Shown piece after piece: positions 26,101 to 40,600 of a stretch of 64,000 nucleotides of DNA. The stretch's first letter is position 1; each line of letters begins with the position of its first letter. Made by a program: the position numbers and the translations under genes. The notes below the pieces were generated by a model. The model saw only the letters and a list, made by a program, of their open reading frames with translations, made no database searches and was not told the DNA's origin. Origin of the DNA: Tubiluchus corallicola (lineage: Eukaryota; Animalia; Priapulida); NCBI GenBank assembly GCA_030141605.1, contig JAQGDQ010000256.1:124001-188000 (forward strand). The letters run 5' to 3'.

Positions 26101-29100
26101 TTCTAATCAAAGAGCAGTGCCTGGTTTACTAATGGGAATTACAGCGGAACAAACAAAATTTTGCAGTAAACAGGACAGTAATTGTTACGACTGATAATAA
26201 ACCTCGTTATGAAGAAGGCTTGAATAGTAGAAAAAATTGCAAAAGAAAATTTAAAAATAAAAGACATTTGCTTCATTTAGCAGCTTTTATTGATAAACTT
26301 CGACATTTCGACTCAGCGTCGATAGTGACTGTTTTTGACAACTTCAAATGTTTTTATTTCATTCAGTTTTTGTCAGTTTTTCGCATCCTCAAAGTGCTTT
26401 AAAGCTCTAATGCGCCTCCATTTTTCTTTCAACAGACTCTGATTTATAAATAGTCTTGTTCAAACTATTTTGACGTTCAGTCTATACATCTCCGTATGAG
26501 TCCTAAACCTTGTTTATATTATCCGGGTCATATAAGTTTGCCTCATGCCAGTATCACAGTCCTACGTAACTCACGTAAACAATGTTTTTAAGTTGCAAAG
26601 TGAATATTCGATAATTAATTTCTTTGCATTTAATAACTTTGCAATGTTTTATTGCAATTACAGCAATACTGCTAACTTTGTTGAATATCAAACATGCGTT
26701 AAAGTAAATATATGTCAGCACGTTGATGGTTTTGTAAATGGAGTAATAATTAATTTGTATTAAATAACAAGCAAGGTGGTCGTGAACAACGGAAGACGTA
26801 GGGTTGACTTTAGTGCTGTGACTTGGATGGTGCGCTTCCGAACTTCCTTTAACTTATTTTTTTCGCATTTGGCTGTTTCTTAGATTTTCCTGGGCTTAAA
26901 GTAGTTTCATGTTCACCGACTGACTCACTAGTATTCACTGATTCAAGTCAAGAAGGTCTTAGCCCAAAGAAAAATTGACCCTGAACTATATTTAATTTCA
27001 TAAACGATAACATTGTAACGAAGTAAAATCGCGGATATGAGCGGTTTGGTAGTGCCATACATTGTAACACAGCTAACTTTTTGTCATTTTGTCAGTAATG
27101 TTATCTAAATAACTATCTATCTTCACTGCATCTCTAAGGTTAAATAAATGCTTAAAGATATATATATATAAATTCGACAAAAATTAGGATACCAAGGTTA
27201 TAAGATTCGAGTTGAAAATGAACTTTGCACTAAACTACTTGTGTTTGATTATTCACCACCTTGCAGTTTTGAAGTGACTTTTACCATAAACCGCGCACAC
27301 AAAATCACCGATTAATTTACGAAAATCTGTGGACTATGGACTAAAATCTATCTACTATAACTTACCCAAATTTGGGCCAAAATCACATACAGTTTCCAAA
27401 TGGCAAACATTTTGCGTTTTCATATTTTTGCATTGAGTTTGACTCGCTGACTCACGTCACCAGTTTAAGATATATTGGGAATAAGTCTAGGCACAGAATT
27501 TAATTAGCGTTAGAAATAACGTGAAGAAAAAAGATACAAAAAATTAGTTGTGTTATCGAGTGTACCCGTCCGCATATGTACACATATGTATATCCTCGAT
27601 TCTACTTCATTTAAAGGTCTGTAAAAATTATAATTTTGGTACCTAGTGAGGATCATATAACACGGTAAAGTTTTTTTTCTTAATTTCAGGCTTTAAGGAT
27701 AGACCAGATGTCAGAAAATTTGACACAAATTTAGCGTTTTAACTATCAAAATCCAATGTGTGCTTATCACCTCATCTGAAAGTACCTGTTTTTGGACTAC
27801 ATAGTTGTAATTATTATTCCTTATTAATTTTTCTTTGCTTTACTATTATTATAACAGTTTTATTTAAAAAAATGCATTTTATATTTTACTCAAAAACTGA
27901 AATGCATTTTGTATTTTATTCTGAAAACTGAAATACAGTTGTTTTTTTTTCTAATATGTTCATACCAGTGCCAGTGAAAACCGTTTTTCAAACGCGATCT
28001 AATCACATGAAACGATGTACTCAAACTCTCGTTTTATTTTGCTAAATTGCGTCGGCTGTTTATAAGCCTAACTACATTAACAACTTTCAAAGAGTGTTTA
28101 TTAGGCTAAAACTGGCGGAGAAAATTTCGGCGCCTGTGAACGATTCAGGTTTCCTTAAAAGCGTTGTTTAGGTTGGTATGCAATTACGTCACGCGAGTAT
28201 TTTCTCCACGCATAAGATTTTATTACACTTCTATCAAAATTAATGCGTCGTAAGTAGCAGTTAGCAGTTCAATCGTAAAGAGACATGCGCTCACTTCGTG
28301 TAAATTGTGCAATAGTCGGAATTTTTGTTAATATTTTAAGACAAATTTCTTCCGGGAGAACATATACGCGCCAGTCATGCTCTTACTTGTAAATAAAAGT
28401 AGTTAGAGTTAAGCGTGCAAGATTAGCACTAATGCTGTTCGTTTCTCTCACCAAAACTGTTTATCAAAGCATTAAAAGGATTTCTCGGGAGATTCTTGGG
28501 TCACCGAAAATGAGGTCACATTTTCTAGAACGTACAAAGAGAGGCAGTATTAACTTAATATAAAACCTACTTAATTCTGATGATCTGCTGCACTAGATAT
28601 GTTGGATATGTAATTCTGATAGATATGCTGTTTATAGTGCCTATATATATTGTTTATATTGTGCTTGCTTAAACAAGTCTAACTAACTTACTTAATTAAT
28701 TGCTATTCTGGACTAATTATATTATATAAACCAACAGCAACGTAAACGTATTTTCTTTGTTTCAGAAACATATTCCCCGTAATTTCAAAAAAATAGTTGT
28801 TGCCATTTCATGCTCGCTTTAAAAATATCAATTATTAATAAAACTTTTTTATTTAGAGTAACATTATACAAGAATTAAAATGGATTGAAGAACCAATTAG
28901 CTCTTTAATATAACAAGAGTGGCATATTTTCTTGAGTAACAAAAATTAGTTAAAACACTAACCTTGTGCTTGCCCAAAAATACAACTATTGCTGATAATG
29001 TAAATATAAGACAGCTAAAAACCACTATAATTGAAATAAACTGATATGAAAATGTACGCAAAATTTGTCTGCACGCGTGCTTTACACATGGCGCAGCAAA

Positions 29101-32100
29101 ATAAATTTTCTCTTTTACACTTATCTGTTTGTGTTTTGCGTTCAAATTAGACATGAATCATTGCAAATTATTCGTAACTTTTATTAAGCTAGATAGTTCC
29201 TAATACCTATAATTAGTAAATTTTAGTTCGAGGAGCTCCCTTAAAGTGTAATGTTGGCAGAAAGTGTCAATGTTTATTGTTGAAAGTAGCAGCTGTGTGA
29301 CAAACAAATACTTTTGTGGTTAACCACAGTAAATAAGCCTACCTTTCATATCAATCAAAGCATGCACGTTATTTTATTAACTTAAAACCGATGCCATTAT
29401 ACAAACAACAGTTCAATTAACAATAGTGCTATCATATTATACCCCATTTGCTCATTTAAAAAGCATTAAATATTGTTGTCGCAGGCAAATGCGAAACTAA
29501 GTATTCTATAAGGTACTTAGGTTTTTTATTGAGTGTCAAAACAAATCAGACAAAGTGCCTAAAATAAATTTTTCTGCACTTTTCCTAAGCATCATGTATG
29601 TTGGAAAAATTTGTTTTTAGACGCATGTAAAGTGCGTAATGTATAGGTTTTGGATATACTTTTCCTAGGCATTTTAGATAATATTAATATCAGATAATAT
29701 TAATGTAAAAACAATACAAAATGCAATGGCCAGTTGTTTTGGGATAATTTTCCTGGGTATTTTACTTTAGGGATTTACTACGAATTTTGCTTTAGGGAGT
29801 GGGTGAAATAACGGATGTTTAGATATTTAATGGATTAAAGCGGAGTTGAAGGTGCTTGCATTTGTGTGGTAAAAAAATCAAGTAAACAGACAGGTTACAC
29901 GACGGTTTCATTAACAACTGGCGTCTGCTGTTACAAGTGCTATGTTTTAGTGTTCTGTGCAAGATAAATGCAGAAATATTTAATGATTCTGTGCTTAAAA
30001 TGAAGGAATGATTTTACACTTGGCTTACAAAAAAGACAAGGCAGTACAGCAAAGGACTGTTTTCCTGAGTGACAAAAATATCAGCAATTAATCAACGATG
30101 TAAATGACTCGATTGTCAGGAACAAAAACTGCTGGCTATTGATTGTCGGCTATTGCAGAAATATAATTTTGTTGAATGGCTGACATGCAGCAAAGCAAGC
30201 TTACAGTATCAGGTCCTGTATAAGAAGAAAGTTCGTGTGCTAAAAACAGAAGTGCTTGACATACTTCATGATACACATATGTCACTTATACAATCAAATG
30301 GTCTATAGTTAATTGAAAACCGTATTATTTTCTTCACACTACTCAGTTATATTTTCACAAACAGATTTTTAGGCGCCATTAAAACAATTAATTATTAAGT
30401 TTACTTGATCCGCTTGCTTAATTTAAAACACTGACTGAGTCATTTCACTCATTCTGTACAATCCTAGGAAAAGTTAAATTCAACGCGAGTTGCGTTCACT
30501 TTACACTTGGCCAAAGTCGTTTTAGGCATTCCATGCAAATATGTAAATCCTACCTGTTATACAAAATATCTACGAAAACGTGAAAGTGTCACAGCAAAAA
30601 AAATTGTTTCATACTTTTCCCGAAACGCACAGGTATTATGAAATTATATATAAAAAATGCCTAGGTATCTGACATTTTACATATTGGCTGTAACATAGTC
30701 TAAAACATGTAACACAGTCATGTAACAAAACTAAAAATATGGTCTCTCTTGACATACTTAAATAATCGAAAAATCCATTATATTTTTAATTATCTATACA
30801 CAAAAACTTACGGGTATCCTGCGCTAGTGTCTATCATTTTGGGTGTGTGTTTGTGAGGTCACTCCTGCATGGTTATTAGTCCATTCCATTCAACTTTTCG
30901 GTTTTTAGTCTGGTTTCATACAGTGGAATACTCCAGTTTCCAGCATTTTTATACGCTTTAAGTTCTTATAACTCACTTAATCATTTTATGTATAATAGAA
31001 AAAACATTTGTAAAAGACACTTAGTTTTGTATTAGCGTTTAAAAGCCAAACAAAATGATGCAGCTTTATTTTAAGAAGTCCAATCGTCCATTTATAACAT
31101 AATCTTCGACAAACCATATCTGTTTGGTATCCGAATAAAACTGACTTGACAAGAACTTTGAGGTAATCATATCGAAATCAGATCACGTGACTCGATGACG
31201 TCACTGACGAAGCCCGCACTGATACTCTCGCGGCGGCTAGAATTCGTGCATTAGTGGAAATCGATGGAATCCGCAGGTCGATGGGATGTGTTGATGTGCA
31301 GCTCCTGCGAGTATTTGCGCTTTGTTGCCCAATAAAGCGCTGATAAAGTGATGCACTCACTCATAAGCTACTTAGTTAATTGATGGCCGCGCAACCAGCG
31401 GGAAAAATTGATCAAAGAAACTTAACTTGAAAACTTTACACAAACGCTACAAAGTTTGATCAAGAAATTTTGGTCTTTTTCAAAATTAGTCTGCATCCTT
31501 TTTTGTATTTCTTTATTTTAGCTGATCTCAGGGTGCGTACCTAAACATAAAACCATAATTGTTAGAATGTTACCTGCAGAACGCCGAACATCAAAAGACA
31601 CGAGCGATTGAGGTCGTTATTGATGCTAAATCTAGCTTTAGCTTTAAACATAGTTTGAAACATTAAATGCTTCGGATTATCACGACGGTCTATAAGGAAT
31701 TCACATACGTGAATACAATGAAATTCCCTAGCACAGATATCTACGTAATATAGTTTAAGAATTAGTCAATGTCACGACTCGACACCTAAAACTCAGTGCC
31801 TAACATAATGATTAAATCAGTGTATTAGTTCTCTTAAAATTCTCTGCTCGCGGATTAAAAAATATGTACATGCTACGTCTAACGCCCTCAAATAAATAAA
31901 ACTATATTTACTAATAAAACCACTCTACAATTTCAGTTTGCTCTTGATGAAAGCAATATGTAAAACATATGCGTAACTTCCTAGTAGTCTTCAGAGCTTC
32001 ATATCATACAGGCCCCTGTAGCCAGGACATGTACGTGGCTTCATATTGGGCCCTGTAGCTCTGTAGCAATGAGCAATGAAAAGGATAACGACTGCATTTA

Positions 32101-32374
32101 TTGCACCCGATTTGAAAACGCAATGAACGTAAATAATAGCATTCCCAAGAACATATGTGCAGCACCTGATGTCTTACACTAAGTTATACTACGCTAGAGA
32201 AAGCAAAATAATTAGTTTGTTAATAGACTGCAGAAGATCTATGTAATACCTACGTAATTTTATTTCGATAGCAGTTTTGTACTGTCTGGTTCTGTGCATA
32301 TTATATTTGTTTTGATTATTTACACGATCTAAAGGGATTGGCTTTATTAAAAACCTTTCGAATCGTGTATTCAT

Positions 32375-32910
32375 TCTTTTGTTAATATATTCGCTCATGA
32401 ATTGTGCATTCATCTCCGCGTTCGTCCGTCTGTCCATTCAACGGCTGATTCGCTCGTTTAAGATTTCATTTACATCGTCAGTTTAGTAGATTGATGTTTC
32501 ATTATTTTTTACTCTGTTCTTTCTATCATTTTCATTAGTTACAATCATTTCGTAGTTCATTTAACAATTAACTCATTTGCTTTTTTATTTGTTTACTCAG
32601 TCACTTGTTCATGCCTGTATTGATTCATTTATGCATTCATTCACTTTTTCGTTTTTACACTAATTCATTCATTCGGTCATCCGTGTATTCATCCATTCAC
32701 TTACTCATTCATTTTTCTTTTGTTCTTTCTATCTGTCATTTGATTTATTTTTCGTCCGTTTGTTCGCTTGCTGTCTGTTTTTCCCATGCATCCATCCATT
32801 TTTCATTTATTCATTTCATGGCTCTCCGATTCACTAATTTATTCACGCACTTACTCATAACGGAGTTAATTTACTGAAGTCAGTCAGCCATTCACTCAGT
32901 AAGTCAGCCT
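32375..32910. repeat. Degenerate (TTCA)n-type tract
   Basis: Recurrent ttca/attc/tcag units. Confidence 0.7.
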
Positions 32911-35900
32911 TTCAGAAAGACAGGCATTAATTAAACCAGTCTTCTAACCAACACCCAGTAATTTACATGTCTATTCAGCGAGCGGGTTCATTAACATATA
33001 TGACAATTTAGATCCTTTTGTAATGAAATACTTGTCATTAGAATGATGAAAAGTAATGTAGGATTCAATCTGATTTCTGTCTCAGCTGCGATCCATCATA
33101 AAGAGCGAGATAAGCGCCTCGCGCGTCTGAAAACTCATCCATTACTTTGTCACACTTTTCTTCCAAGCAGATCCAGAAACCGGAAACGGAAATATTGCAG
33201 TAATCCTGTACTTTCACTTCATATTGACATAAAAACCCTACATTTAAGCAACATCGAAAAAGCAACCATGCTATCTTAACGAACTTATGCTCACATCGTG
33301 GTGACAGCGACATGGGACATCTTCGTCGAGAGCTTCTATCTGCATCCGCCTTTAATTCTTATCGCCTGATTGCATATTGTCAATTTTAAATTACAGTCTA
33401 TCAAACGACTCAATTCACAGAAAGCGTTCCAAATAAAAGCTGAAATTTGAGCATTATAAATTCGATTTTTTCACAATGTTTTTTAATATCTTCCCACAGA
33501 GGAGTGCGAATTTTTAATGCTTTGTTATACATGTCGCCAAAACAAGACCACTCCAAGTAGAGGCTAAGAATAAGAATGTGAAGCCAAAAAATATAACCAA
33601 ATTGTGAATGATAACAAGTATCCATTAATCTCTTCTTAAAGGAAGTGGACTGATAACAAACAATTTCCTCTATGGAACTCCACATATTGATCCTTATTCT
33701 AGAAATGTCAGTGCTAAAATTATGAGAAATAGCCGTGTACTCCGTGTAAATTATCTGATTTTGGAAATAGAGATTATTTCATTTCACTGAAAAAAGTCAT
33801 GACAACACCGTCCGAAAAAGTAACGATATAGAAGTTTAATGTAGCACAAATGTTCGCTGAGAAAGTAGTGTAAAAATTGATATTATTGGACAAGATCATT
33901 AAAAGTGTGGAACGGATTAAGAACCTCCGGGACAGCACGCATTCTTAGAACGTTTCCAAGGAACGTTTCTTTAAGTAAACTTAAAGAAAGTTTACTGCAT
34001 CTTTCCGTGGTGTAAACGGGGCTAAAGAGGCTGCAGGTTTTCAATTTTGCAATTTCCCAAAACTTAATGCAATGTATGTTAACAGTTTGAGGCAACCAGC
34101 TCCAAAGTTAATATCTCAATAACCTTTGAGATATTAAGAATTCTAGAACACTGATAAATAGTTTGTCGCCCAAGATTTATATTGTTTCAGAAGTGAGGTT
34201 ACATAAAATATTTTAATCCAGAGAGTATCCTTAATCAGTAAGTCTATTTTAAATTTAATTTTGTCTATAACATGAAAATCCGTAAAGTTGCATAACTGAT
34301 TCTAAAATTTGAATGTTACATGTGATAGTGTGGCTTATGTAGTAAACTAGTATTTCATGTGTAATAATAGTTTTTATCGTTTTGTTTAAATTATTTAGAT
34401 TTAACTTTGAAAATGGGTTTAAAAGCAGTGAAGCCAGTATGTTATAATGAACAAAGCTTTTATAGGTGCTGAAATGTCATTGCAATAAATTAATAAATAA
34501 GTAACATTGTGCCCTTATTTTTTTCTAAATTCATATTTTTAGACTTTGACTTTGTAGTAGATTATCTTTCTGTACTGCTCCGTTGCGTAATTACCTAGCT
34601 ATCTTGCCTTTAAATTTACAATGAAGTCACAACGATTTGTACCTGCACATATCTTTGATTAGTCAACAAAAGTTTTAAGATTTATTTTTATCGCAATCTT
34701 GTAGATAAAATGATTTTACACATTAGGAAATATAAGCCAGCTTTTAGCTGACAATGGACGAACGGACACCGAAACCCTTAAGGAATTTTCAGAAGAGTAT
34801 TTATTATATTCTTACACCTATGTGTAACAGTTTTTCAGGTTAGTCGGTAGGTACACCTACATCTGCCACTCTCATCAACTCGTTACCATTATTGAGTGCA
34901 GTTGATCCGTCGCCCGGTCTTGTATTACGAAAATCAATTGGAAAGAATGGTGCCTCGTTACGACCACGCGCGTGCAGAAATAGCGATATTCTTTATCGAG
35001 TTATGCGCAAATCCACAAAATGATCAAACTTGAGCACCGTCGTAATTTGTTGCCACACGACGAGCAAGTTAAACACATGCTAATGTATAACTGCATATAT
35101 TACTAGGAAAACATCAATCAATTGTAGCAATTCATAACAGCAAAGTTGACTACACTGTGCCACAAATGTTTTGTCTAATAGTAATGAACACTTATTTAGT
35201 GTTAAAATGCACCGTGTCGTAAGTAACACAAGACAGGAGCAAAATATTATCCCGTAGCTACGAAGGTAGATTATGTAATGTCACAACGTTGATATTTTGT
35301 CAGACCGTCAAATCTGGTTTTCGAGCACTTCATTCTAAATTCAGTCTTGAACAAACACGGCTTTGCATAAATAGCTTGCTTGCTTATAATTTACTAGAAC
35401 GCTCGTCAGTGCTTCGTGGGTCACATTTGTAACGATCTTGTTTTACATGTAAACCAAGAAGTGCATTATAAATTTGTAATTTAAAATTAATAGAAAATTC
35501 GAATTGAATCCACCAATTAACTTTGCAGAAACAGGTAATAGGCGCAGGTGCTTAGCGAAAATGAAACAACGACGAGGTTGTGTGGTAGATTTAGATTTTG
35601 TAGCCTCTGAATTTTTGTGCCCCTGACAAATACGCAAATTTTGAAAGCAGTTACTGCATCAAATTTACAACCACATAGCTACTAGGGATGATTATTGAAG
35701 CCATTTTTACTGTTGTGATCGTGTTTGCAATACTTACTAAAATACAATAGTGATAACCTGGGATAGTTAAGTTTACTATTTTAATAATACTGACGAGCTA
35801 TCCATCGGTCTACCATCCTTTACTTAGTTCACGGCATGCTCCACTTAGCAAGTTCTTGCTTACTTTTGTTGCCGTCTAAGATATGTATACGTCAGTGGGT

Positions 35901-36035
35901 ATATTAATTAATGCCCTCTAAGATTCACCAAGGTTTTTACAACCTGGTGGGTAAGAAGATAATGTACATAACAATAAGATATGGGCCATGCACACCTGGT
36001 TATAAAAAAGAGTAATCAAATAAAACACGGACATT

Positions 36036-36230
36036 TTAACGATGGCTCAAACCCACAATTAATTAAATTTTGATACCAAACTTGAAAGACCGGAAATGTG
36101 AATACGTTGGGTCACAGTCTGTATACAATTTTTTCACATTTCCTATCTTTCAAGTTTACTGTCAATATTTAATTAATTGTGGGCATGTACCAGCATTAAT
36201 AATAATCTCGATATTAAAATTATAATAATT
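36036..36230. repeat. Palindromic element (family C), copy with deleted core
   Basis: Arms cccacaattaattaaattttgataccaaacttgaaagaccggaaatgtgaa and ttcacatttcctatctttcaagtttactgtcaatatttaattaattgtggg; homologous to 55908-56180. Confidence 0.88.
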
Positions 36231-37499
36231 AATCAGACATCTCAAAAAACTGATTTTACTACCACATAAATAGTTATTGCAGATACTCCTTGTATACAGT
36301 AATAACTCCTGTGGCTGATTAGGTGAACAAAAGAAGGCGACTAGGTCTTCAAATAGGTACGGAAACTATATCTTTGAATGTAGCATGTTTTTAAAAACCT
36401 ATAAATTTCTGCTAATAACAAGTTTTTCCACAATTTTTCCATCTAAGTACTGACCTGCTTTAACATTCTTTAACTTTGGAGGCTCATTCAGCAATGCTAC
36501 TGCGCATTTGCATGCTGTTTTCATTATAGCCAAGGCTGATTTGTGTAAAATTTTTGAAATATCTCGGGGAACCACGTGAAAAATGAATATCTTCTAGGAT
36601 GGCTTTAAATTGCCAACGCTTTTAGAAATGACATACTGTAAATATTATTATTACTAATCGAATGATTTAACAAACTCTGTCCAATTAAACTGCCTCGTAT
36701 TTTTGCTAAGCATGCCGAGGACTAACTAACTTTCTTCAGTGGCAAGCCTACGTTTGCGAAAAGAAATCTTAGTTAAAAGCAAATTACAAGAACAACAGTT
36801 AACTTAAAAACCAAACTACTTCTGGAACGACGTCAGTTGCATAATCGCCTTCCGTTTCGTCAGTGTTTCTTGGATTATGCGATTTGTCTGAATCTGAATT
36901 AGGTGGATTAGCCTGCCACGTTAGGTTCGCCCCAAGACAGATCGGTAAATCTAAACTATGTAATTGGGCGTGACGCAAGGCTGTTAGAATTTCCCCCTTG
37001 TTTGCTCAGTCATTTTCTGTATTTCGAAGCCTAGTTGCAATTGAAGTCATTTTTCAACTGAACCGGTTATTAGAAAACGTTCGCCTAATGCGCCTTTCTG
37101 AACAGAAATACCAATCAAGAACCAGCATGTCTGGTAAACAGCATAATTGTATTAGGAGTAGACATGTTATTTAAATATATATACCTCCAGATATTTACTC
37201 GATCAATGCGAAAACTATTTTCAAAGCCAGTCCATCCAGAAATTCTTCGTCTATTGAATATTCAGATGATTATACAAACGCTTGAGGGTCTACGTTAGCA
37301 AATTTGTGGCGGTCAAATTAACTCTTAAATGCCATGTACGGGAGGTTTTGCCACACAGCTATAGCATCTTGTTTCGTTATTGCGTCACTGTACACACTAA
37401 ATGATATTTACCCAACTAATTTGCTTTATTAACAAGCTTCTGGAATAAATTCTCTTTGAAAAAATATTATAGCTAGGGGTAAGCATTCCACGCGCATTT

Positions 37500-37680
37500 A
37501 CTTGTTGGTTATTTGACTGGCTGACTTTTGGTTAGTTGATCGGTTGGTTGGTCAGTTGACTGGATGTTTCTCAGTTTGGTTGATTGTGTAGTGTGGTTGC
37601 TGAATGGTCAGTCAGGTGAGTGGCCAACTGAATAACTGATTGGTTAGCTGAATGACTAGCTGATTGACTAACTGCTAAGT
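37500..37680. repeat. Degenerate (TTGG/CTGA)n tetranucleotide tract
   Basis: Recurrent ttgg/ctga/gttg units. Confidence 0.7.
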
Positions 37681-40600
37681 TACTTTATAAGTTACTAAGA
37701 CTTACTTAATATTAGTAACTTATTAAACATATTAATATATTTTTCCGATGAATCAAAAACTATCTAAAACATTATATTACTACATAAAAAGTAGCAATGT
37801 TCATAATAAAATTACTAAGTTAGGCCAAAGGCGCTTATCAACTTTGGGACACATCGTCGATAGCGTCGCCTTCGTGTGAATCATGGGGTCAATCTAGTTC
37901 CCATCTAAATAAAGTTCCAATCTAGATAAAGTTCACCGGATTTTCGGCTCGCACAATGCTAAAAACAGTAAAAGATGATGATATGAACTTATTTTTAGCT
38001 TAATTGCAAATTTGCACGCCCCAAAACCTGTATAAATTTTCCCTAACTGCCCTACACACCTTAGTGAGTAAAACGCATAATAACACTAGAGAGTAATTCA
38101 CTTTTCTTCAAAAACTGAAAAGGTCTCTCTTTATCTGGGCTTAGCGTGCGTGTAAACTCTAAAACTGCTGAAACTGCTTTCCGTGCATGTCTGCAGAGGT
38201 CCTATTTAGCGCAAATTGCAGGCCATAAATTCTTTATCCTATTGAATAAAACGCATCAACGATAGTTATTGACACTAAAGTTTTTCTGTCTGCGTTTTTC
38301 CATCATTTTTCAGTCATAAATTTTGCACTTTGCACAAGTTTGCAAAACATGCAGCTTAGTGACTGGTTACAGTAAATGTTTAAGATCACTTTACTCAAAT
38401 ATTGTAATTTTTGCAAAGCACTTTCCTCTCCATTCTTTTGTGATAGAAAAGCGTATTGTTATTACAGCTGAGTGCGTATTTATTGATCAGTTTTTATTTT
38501 TTAATACCTAATTCAATATCAACAATAACAATAAAATATGAAATAATATAAAATAACAATATAATTAGAAACTTGTGTCAAAGTATTGTAACTTCATTGT
38601 AGTATACATTGTATACTAGTGTAAGTATTGTCAAACTGATGAGTGACAACTGTTTTTTATTACTCGTTAATTTCAGATTAATTTAAAATTTTTATCTGTG
38701 CTCATTTTCACCAATTTGTGAATTGGTGATGACCAACGTTGACGTCAAATTAGTATGCGAAACATTTAAGTCTGCAAAATTAGCTACCATATCCGGACTG
38801 TCACCTTAGCCTGCTATTACTTAGCGGAATCACTTGCAAAAAATTAATTACTCAATCTGTCAGGTGCGATTTGGTCAAGTGTGATTTGAGTGTCATCCCT
38901 GCAGCTTTCAACTTGTCGAAGGTTTCTTTTATTGCTACTTTGGGCTGTTGGGATGAACACCTTACAATCTTTTTTCATGCTGACAGTTTACGCGAGTGCC
39001 CGTTTGGCGGTGCTCCTCGCGTTTTAATCTTAGACATGCCCGGATGCACAAGAGCTACTTTTTCAAACAGTTTTATCACCGGGCTTCTTATCTGTGGCCT
39101 TCTGTAACAGAAAATTGTTTTCCTCGCTTACTTGAATAAGAATATTAACAGATGCCTCTTAACACATGTTAATTAGTTCCAATGATTTGCTTTCTATCCT
39201 GTATCCATTTCATTTGCTAACTGTATTCGCCGAGTTTTTGAAAGGTCACGTACTGGTCTTGTTTGGAACTGTCTAGGCCGATATTAAAAATCTCTATTTG
39301 ACGGTTGGGGCGACATGCAAGAAATTAACGGCCGCTAGCCGTTTACTTTAACGCAGAGATGCTTTTAGGAAGTTACGTGCCAGTTTTTTCTTTCTTAGTT
39401 TTTGCTCTCTCGCTCGTTTTTTTATATTTTTTTTGCTTACTCGTCTATCCCTCTACACGTTATTCATTAGTTTGTTACTCGTTCACTTGGTCGGTCAGTA
39501 AGTCAGTCAGCAGTAAAAAGAATTATAATTATAATAATAATCAGTCAGTTGTTCGTTCATTTAATTATAAAGTTGTCTTGTGACGTCATAGATGAAAACG
39601 ACCCCATTTTTGGAATCCTCGGGTGCACTTCCTCTCAGTCGATAATATCCATTTTTGAACCAGGCTGAATGATTTAGGAGATATAACTGATTTTTGGCCC
39701 CAGTAGGTGCCATCCTGCATTTATGCGTATATCTCAAAAGTATCAAAGCAGAATTGGCCAATTTTTTCTTGAGAGTACCTGTGACCATGTTCTAACAGAA
39801 TACTGAAGAGAAAAATTCTATTGCGAGTTGTTCTATGTACCCCCTTGTTACGCACCTATTATTTACTTACTTACTTCGTTCGCTTGTTTGCTTGCTTGCC
39901 TTTTGTACCTTCGTTTATTTGCTCGTTCGTCTTTCGCTTGTTCAGTAGGTCAGTCAGTCAGTCGGAAAAATGGTACTAGCGCCACATATATTTGTACTAG
40001 ACTTAGAGGTGATCCACAGAAAATGCGGTTATTGATTATACGTCAGGTTGAATAAGAGTGGAAATTAAACGTCAGTGGCGAAGTTTGTAATATCGTTGGT
40101 TGTTATTTGTATTATTCTCTTGTGCCATAATTTATAACATTTTTTGTATTAGTTTATGATGTTTATATGAACTTTGTAAAATTTGAAATCAAATATAACA
40201 CAAAATTAAATCAAATCAGACACTCAGCCAGTCTGTTAGTCAATTGTTAAGGAATACTTAAATTAATATCACACAGCCAAACATCTCTCTGACCCCAGAA
40301 TGAAGCGCAAATAACTCATGTAACATGGTTTACATACTGACTTTAACTACTAATTGACACAGCCGGAGGAACATTGTAGGAGCATTCCTGTTTCACCGCA
40401 TCCTGCTGTCCAGTAATCACTAATCACCTCTAGATCATGCATAATGACATTGCGCGGCTTCGTCTGTGTCTATTCCTCAAGCACCAGTAGCAGCTTGTAT
40501 TTATTCATGTCAATGGACTGGTAGTGGAACGCCACTCGTGAGTACTCATCTGTTCAAATAAAATGTAGAGTAGCCCAGTAAGTGGTGGCTAGATTGCATG

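Noticed and set aside
30811-30828. Helitron 3' end (cgggtatcctgcgCTAG|T)
   Set aside because: No clear subterminal hairpin, 5' end or second copy.
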